Positions 59,811 to 64,000 of a stretch of DNA of 64,000 nucleotides are shown here, in pieces. Source of the DNA: an uncultured virus (IMG/VR IMGVR_UViG_3300045020_000075) (lineage: Duplodnaviria; Heunggongvirae; Uroviricota; Caudoviricetes); the IMG/VR virus record IMGVR_UViG_3300045020_000075; one strand, 5' to 3'. The position numbers and the translations under genes are program-made. The notes beneath the pieces were generated by a model. It made no database searches and was not told the DNA's origin. It saw nothing but the letters and a program-made list of their open reading frames with translations. Every line of letters begins with the position of its first letter. Within the stretch, counting starts at the first letter, position 1.

Positions 59811-60455
59811 ATGGCAAGCCGAAACGCTGAGGAAACCGATACCGCAGAACCGGCGGGCTCGCCCGGCATCGGCGTCGATGCCCGCGGCGGCGGCGTCATT
59901 GATCCGACCAAGAACGTCCTCGATCTCGTGCGGGCCGAGAGCAAGTACCAGGACTTCGCGCGTGACTCGCTCAAGGAGTTGATGATCGCGACCGTCTCGG
60001 GCTTGCGCGAGCAGCTCAAGACTCTGGCGGACGGGATCGTGCAGTACCAGGACGGTCAGCGCGACAGCGAGACGCGGCGCATCGATCAGCTCGCGCAGAC
60101 CCGGCAGGAGTTCCAGAACACGATCCGCGACATGCTCGCCGAGTCGGTGCGGACCACTTCGACCCTGGTGTCGACGCAACTCGTGCAGATTCAAGCGACC
60201 TTCGATACTCGCGTGTCCAAGCTCGAAGCTGGCGCTTTCACGCAGGCCGGCAAGCAGAGCGTCGCGGACCCGGCGTTGTCGGACGCGCTAGCCCGCATGG
60301 CCGCCACGCTCGCGGCCCTGCAGGCGAGCGGCAGCCGCATGGGCGGTCACGAGGAAGGCAAGCAGGACACGACGGCGCGGCTTTGGGCGGTCATTCTGGG
60401 GTTGGCCGCCATCGCGTCGCCGGTCATTGCGGTGCTGGCGCTTCGGGGGCACTGA
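59811..60455 (+). CDS. Coiled-coil protein with a C-terminal TM anchor
   Basis: IDPTKNVLDLV; helical; hydrophobic C-terminus. Confidence 0.7.
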   Translation: MASRNAEETDTAEPAGSPGIGVDARGGGVIDPTKNVLDLVRAESKYQDFARDSLKELMIATVSGLREQLKTLADGIVQYQDGQRDSETRRIDQLAQTRQEFQNTIRDMLAESVRTTSTLVSTQLVQIQATFDTRVSKLEAGAFTQAGKQSVADPALSDALARMAATLAALQASGSRMGGHEEGKQDTTARLWAVILGLAAIASPVIAVLALRGH

Positions 60456-60457
60456 CG

Positions 60458-60661
60458 ATGTACGTCGAGCTGAAGCTCACCTGCGAGATGGCCGACAATC
60501 GGGTCGGCGCCGTCTCGCGCGTCCTGCTGGTTTCGAACGGCGTCTATCATCCGGTCGACCGCGTGCTGCTCGAAGTCGACCTGCGTGGCGCCGAGAACCA
60601 CTTCGTCAAGGGACGCTCTTACGGCGCGGCGTTCTGGCCGATCTCCAAGGAGACGCCATGA
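60458..60661 (+). CDS. Hypothetical protein
   Basis: ATG 2 nt after the upstream stop. Confidence 0.5.
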   Translation: MYVELKLTCEMADNRVGAVSRVLLVSNGVYHPVDRVLLEVDLRGAENHFVKGRSYGAAFWPISKETP

Positions 60662-60831
60662 CGGACCAATAGACTGGGCGCGCCCGGTGCCCGGCACCGT
60701 GACTTGACATCCAGTCCTGAGTAGTCCATAACACTACACGTCGGCGATCTTCCTCCCTGAGCCGCCGGCAGGCCGGGCGCTTGTCAAGCACCCCCGAGTG
60801 CCCGGCCTTTTCCCCTCTCAAGGAGACCCTC

Positions 60832-61149
60832 ATGCCGCTCCCACCACTGGAACCCGATCTCACGCTCGACCAGGCCAAGGCCGTGGTCGCCACCAAGACG
60901 GCGCCGCGCGTCACCGAGGAGTCGATCAAGGCCAAGATCGCGCACACGGCGTTCATCAGGAACGAGCAACTCACGATCGCGATCATCACGATGAAGAATG
61001 GCTTCATGGTGCATGGCGTCTCGGCACCGGCCTCGCTGCAGAATTACGACCCGCAGGTCGGCGAGCGCTACGCTTACGACAACGCGTTCAAGCAGTTGTG
61101 GCAGCTCGAAGGCTATCTGCTGCGCGAGAAGCTCTCGCAGGCTGAGTGA
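60832..61149 (+). CDS. N4 gp49/Sf6 gp66 family protein (Acb4-like nucleotide sponge candidate)
   Basis: APRVT..I..KI, LTIAIITMKNGFMVHGVSAPAS..NYD..VGERYAYDNA..QLWQLEGYLLREKL. Confidence 0.85.
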   Translation: MPLPPLEPDLTLDQAKAVVATKTAPRVTEESIKAKIAHTAFIRNEQLTIAIITMKNGFMVHGVSAPASLQNYDPQVGERYAYDNAFKQLWQLEGYLLREKLSQAE

Positions 61150-61487
61150 TGCAAGGCGACCCCACCTCATACGCGCCACCCCACGCCCGCCAGCAACTCG
61201 CCACCACCGAGCAGGTCCGCGACGACGCCGCCTACATCCGGCAGGCCGCCGCCTGGGTGACGGACCAGGTCGAGCTGATCAAGGAGAAGCGCACCGAGAT
61301 CGACACGACGGAGCGCCCGGCCGTCGACCCGGTCGTTCGTGGCCTGCTCGACCACATGCCGCGCACCGGGGCGGTGTGGCCCGAGGCCGAGCGCAAGCAG
61401 TGGCTCGCGCTGCTCGAAGGGAGCTTCCGGCTGATCTACAAGGACGCGGCCGACAGCCGGATGGCCGCCGCGAGTACCACACCATGA
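61149..61487 (+). CDS. Hypothetical protein
   Basis: DPVVRGLLDHMP..G.VWP..ERKQWL. Confidence 0.6.
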   Translation: MQGDPTSYAPPHARQQLATTEQVRDDAAYIRQAAAWVTDQVELIKEKRTEIDTTERPAVDPVVRGLLDHMPRTGAVWPEAERKQWLALLEGSFRLIYKDAADSRMAAASTTP

Positions 61488-61774
61488 TCTCGTCCCGCCG
61501 CGGTTTCCTGGCTGGTCTTGTCGCCTCGGCATTCGCGGCGCCCGCGATCGTGCGTGCCGCGAGCCTGATGCCCGTCAAGGCGATGCCGCCCGTCGAGACG
61601 CTGGAGGAATTGCTGCGCGCTCGGATGGATGACGCGTATCGCGTGGTGGCGCGCAATATCGCTGCGATCATGTTCGGTTTTCCGGTCGATCATCCGGCAA
61701 TTATGAGCATCGAGTTCGATGCTCCTTCCGACTACGGGATTTGCACGGTGGGATCGGCGATCTACATCCAATGA
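61484..61774 (+). CDS. Protein with a twin-arginine (Tat) signal
   Basis: MISSRRGFLAGLVASAFAAPAIVRA. Confidence 0.7.
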   Translation: MISSRRGFLAGLVASAFAAPAIVRAASLMPVKAMPPVETLEELLRARMDDAYRVVARNIAAIMFGFPVDHPAIMSIEFDAPSDYGICTVGSAIYIQ

Positions 61775-61926
61775 CCCAACCCACCTCCATTCGCCTCGCC
61801 GAGAAGCTCAAGGCCCGCCTCAAGCGTCACGCCCGAGCCGAGTCCCGCCCGCTCTCGGTACAAATCGTGTGGATACTCGAAAAGTGGTGCGAGTGGCGCG
61901 AAGCTCAACAGGAGAAGAAACCATGA
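61771..61926 (+). CDS. Arc-like ribbon-helix-helix protein
   Basis: TSIRL...LKARLKRHARAESRPLSVQIVWIL. Confidence 0.75.
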   Translation: MTQPTSIRLAEKLKARLKRHARAESRPLSVQIVWILEKWCEWREAQQEKKP

Positions 61927-62402
61927 CCAACGTCTACGAAGGCAGGCCCGGCGGTGATGTGGATCGTGAAGGAGTTGACTTCGTGACGAGCAAGCCGATA
62001 CTTTGCCTCGACTTCGACGGTGTGATTCACTCCTACACGAGCGGGTGGATCGAGCACGACTTCATTCCCGATTCGCCGGTGCCGGGCGCCATGCAATTCC
62101 TCGCCGACGCTATTAAGCGGTTCGACGTGAAAATCTACTCGTCCCGTTCAGCCAAGAAGTACGACGGTGGCAAGCGCGCCATGATGACGTGGATTTCTTA
62201 TTGGGCGACGAAGCAGTTGCCGAACGAGGAGCCGGACTACACGCGCAACGCCGTGATCAACGCGCTTTGCCACAACGCCGACGCGTGGCCGGACGAGAAG
62301 CCGCCGGCCTTCATCACGATCGACGACCGCGCGCTGACGTTCACGGGCGAGTGGCCGATGATCGAGGACCTGCTCGCGTTCAAGCCCTGGAACAAGAAAT
62401 GA
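61923..62402 (+). CDS. HAD-superfamily phosphatase
   Basis: CLDFDGVIHSY, PVPGA, IYSSR, KPPA..TIDDRA. Confidence 0.85.
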   Translation: MTNVYEGRPGGDVDREGVDFVTSKPILCLDFDGVIHSYTSGWIEHDFIPDSPVPGAMQFLADAIKRFDVKIYSSRSAKKYDGGKRAMMTWISYWATKQLPNEEPDYTRNAVINALCHNADAWPDEKPPAFITIDDRALTFTGEWPMIEDLLAFKPWNKK

Positions 62403-62593
62403 TCGAGCGTCAAGGCGGCAGCATTCACTTCGTTTGCGACGAGTGTCCCGATGTGTTCGAGACCGACACGGAGGACTTCTCGCCCGCGTGGGCGTCCGCC
62501 AAGCAGGCCGGCTGGCGCTCGTTCAAGATCGGGACCGAGTGGTGTCACGCTTGCCCGGCCTGTGTCGAGAAGTTCTCGGAGCGGCAGAAGTGA
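62399..62593 (+). CDS. Zn-ribbon protein
   Basis: CDEC...AGW...HACPAC. Confidence 0.7.
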   Translation: MIERQGGSIHFVCDECPDVFETDTEDFSPAWASAKQAGWRSFKIGTEWCHACPACVEKFSERQK

Positions 62594-63660
62594 AGCAATA
62601 CGCTCTTGTGACAACAACGATCCGAGTCCCAGAAGCGTTGCGGTTCTTCCGCAAGCTGCGTGGCTACGCGAAGTTCTACATCATTGGCGACGAGAAGAGT
62701 CCGCACGCCGAGATCGAGAAGTTCGTCGCCGACCTGCGCGATTGCCACTATTACTCGCCGGAAGCACAGAAGGCGCTCGATTTCGAGTGCTCCGATTTGA
62801 TTGGTTGGAACACGATTTCACGACGCTCGATCGGCCTGCTGCTCGCTTTGCGCGACTGTGGCAACGAGGTTATCATCTACTGGGACGACGATAATTTGAG
62901 CGTGGATACCGAGTACTTTCACAACTTCATGCGGTTGCTCGATTACGATGCTGCCGGGATGCTTCCTATGCCGGGCGTACCTCCGTGGTACGGCCTCGAA
63001 GCACGTGCCTTGGGCTGGTTCGACCCTGGCGAATGGATGTTTCCGCGCGACGGTATCGATCCAGTGGTTCAGCGCGGCATACCGCAGCATCTCGTGCGTG
63101 GCGGTGAGATACGACAGGTAGTTGATGCGCGCATCGGTGTGGCGCAGGGCTTGATCCTCGGAGACCCAGACACAAGCGCGGTTGATCGGCTCTCGCGTTC
63201 TCCGATTGTGCACCAGATCAGCGAACTATATCAAGCCGGCATCGTCGTCGACCCAAAGCACACTCGGACCGTGATGAACTCGCAAAACACGGCGTTCATC
63301 CGCGAGCTTGCACCCGCCATGTTCATGCTGCCGGGAATCGGAAGATATGATGATATTTTTGCAAGTCTAATTGCGCAACGTGTCATGCGTGAGCGCGGTT
63401 ACGTCACCCACTTCGGCAAACCGTTCTGTTGGCAACAGCGCAACGCCCACAACCTGATCGCCGATCTCAAGGCCGAGATATTCGGCATGGAGCACATCGT
63501 CGAGTTCGCCGAATGGCTCGACGGTCTCGATCTCTCGACCACCAGTGTGCTCGACGCCGTGCGCGGCATCTACACGCTGATGTCCGCGCTCGACTGGATG
63601 CCACAGCAGGCTCGCGAGGCGGGACTTGCGTGGTGCGAGGATGTGGAGCGCGTGCTGTGA
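62590..63660 (+). CDS. STELLO/RGP (GT75-like) glycosyltransferase-fold protein
   Basis: LVTTTI, IIGDEKSP, WN..SRRSIGLL.A, YWDDDN, RGIP, QGL..GDPD.SA..RL, NSQNT, GRYDDI. Confidence 0.8.
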   Translation: MKQYALVTTTIRVPEALRFFRKLRGYAKFYIIGDEKSPHAEIEKFVADLRDCHYYSPEAQKALDFECSDLIGWNTISRRSIGLLLALRDCGNEVIIYWDDDNLSVDTEYFHNFMRLLDYDAAGMLPMPGVPPWYGLEARALGWFDPGEWMFPRDGIDPVVQRGIPQHLVRGGEIRQVVDARIGVAQGLILGDPDTSAVDRLSRSPIVHQISELYQAGIVVDPKHTRTVMNSQNTAFIRELAPAMFMLPGIGRYDDIFASLIAQRVMRERGYVTHFGKPFCWQQRNAHNLIADLKAEIFGMEHIVEFAEWLDGLDLSTTSVLDAVRGIYTLMSALDWMPQQAREAGLAWCEDVERVL

Positions 63661-63803
63661 TCGACTACATCGACCTCCGATCCGCCGTCGACCTCGCTGT
63701 CGCGCGCGGCTACGGCCCGCTCACCCGCTGGTGGTGGGCGTGGCGCTACGCGACCAAGCGGCGCGTGCGGTGGCATCCTCGGGTGTGGCAGAGGTGGATA
63801 TGA
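63657..63803 (+). CDS. Small Trp/Arg-rich protein
   Basis: GTGA/ATGA overlaps on both sides. Confidence 0.5.
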   Translation: MIDYIDLRSAVDLAVARGYGPLTRWWWAWRYATKRRVRWHPRVWQRWI

Positions 63804-64000
63804 CCAAGCGCCTCTCCCTCGCGTTCACGACCCGCGACCGCGTCGAGTTGTCTGAGCGCTCGATCGAGCCGCTGATCCACGACGACATTGACCTGTGGAT
63901 CATGGACGGGTCGAAGACAGAGAAAGGATCAGATTTTCTCGGCGAATGGACCGATGAAAATGTTCACATTCGTGCTAACGTGACAGGAGGCGCCGATCGA
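63800..64000 (+). CDS. GT2/GT-A glycosyltransferase, N-terminal part (continues at position 3)
   Basis: ATG 63800 after GAGG; MTKRLSLAFTTRDRVELSERSIEPL...LWIMDGSKT is a GT2-like N-terminus; 63980 corresponds to position 3 and is in frame. Confidence 0.8.
   Translation, partial: MTKRLSLAFTTRDRVELSERSIEPLIHDDIDLWIMDGSKTEKGSDFLGEWTDENVHIRANVTGGADR
63978..64000. repeat. Terminal redundancy (copy 2)
   Basis: Exact 23-nt match to bases 1-23. Confidence 0.95.

Overview
The window is an apparently complete, circularly closed tailed-phage genome. Bases 1-23 are identical to 63978-64000, giving a unit length of 63,977 bp, and one glycosyltransferase ORF reads in frame across the join. The architecture is podovirus-like: terminase, portal, scaffold, major capsid, two adaptor paralogues, nozzle and ejection proteins, with no tape measure or sheath. 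There is a GH19 lysis module, a leftward replication arm (family A DNA polymerase, SNF2-like helicase, VRR-NUC, PD-(D/E)XK nuclease, PAPS-reductase-like protein), a Prim-Pol/VapE primase-helicase, an early region of promoter-led small genes, a serine recombinase and two free-standing HNH endonucleases. High GC and an 'AADLPVKA' outer-membrane protein point to a Hyphomicrobiales (Bradyrhizobium-like) host; this is inference. The most unusual signals are four. (1) A ~9 kb block at the tail-fibre position in which almost every fibre/spike-like protein has a Sec signal peptide and paired cysteines, implying periplasmic export and oxidative folding. (2) A glycan-modification cluster around the join: STELLO/GT75-like, GT2, TPR-GT-B and FkbM. 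(3) A major capsid gene that appears to start at AUU. (4) A family of early promoters sharing an operator-like box. All family assignments come from motif recognition by eye; no searches were run.
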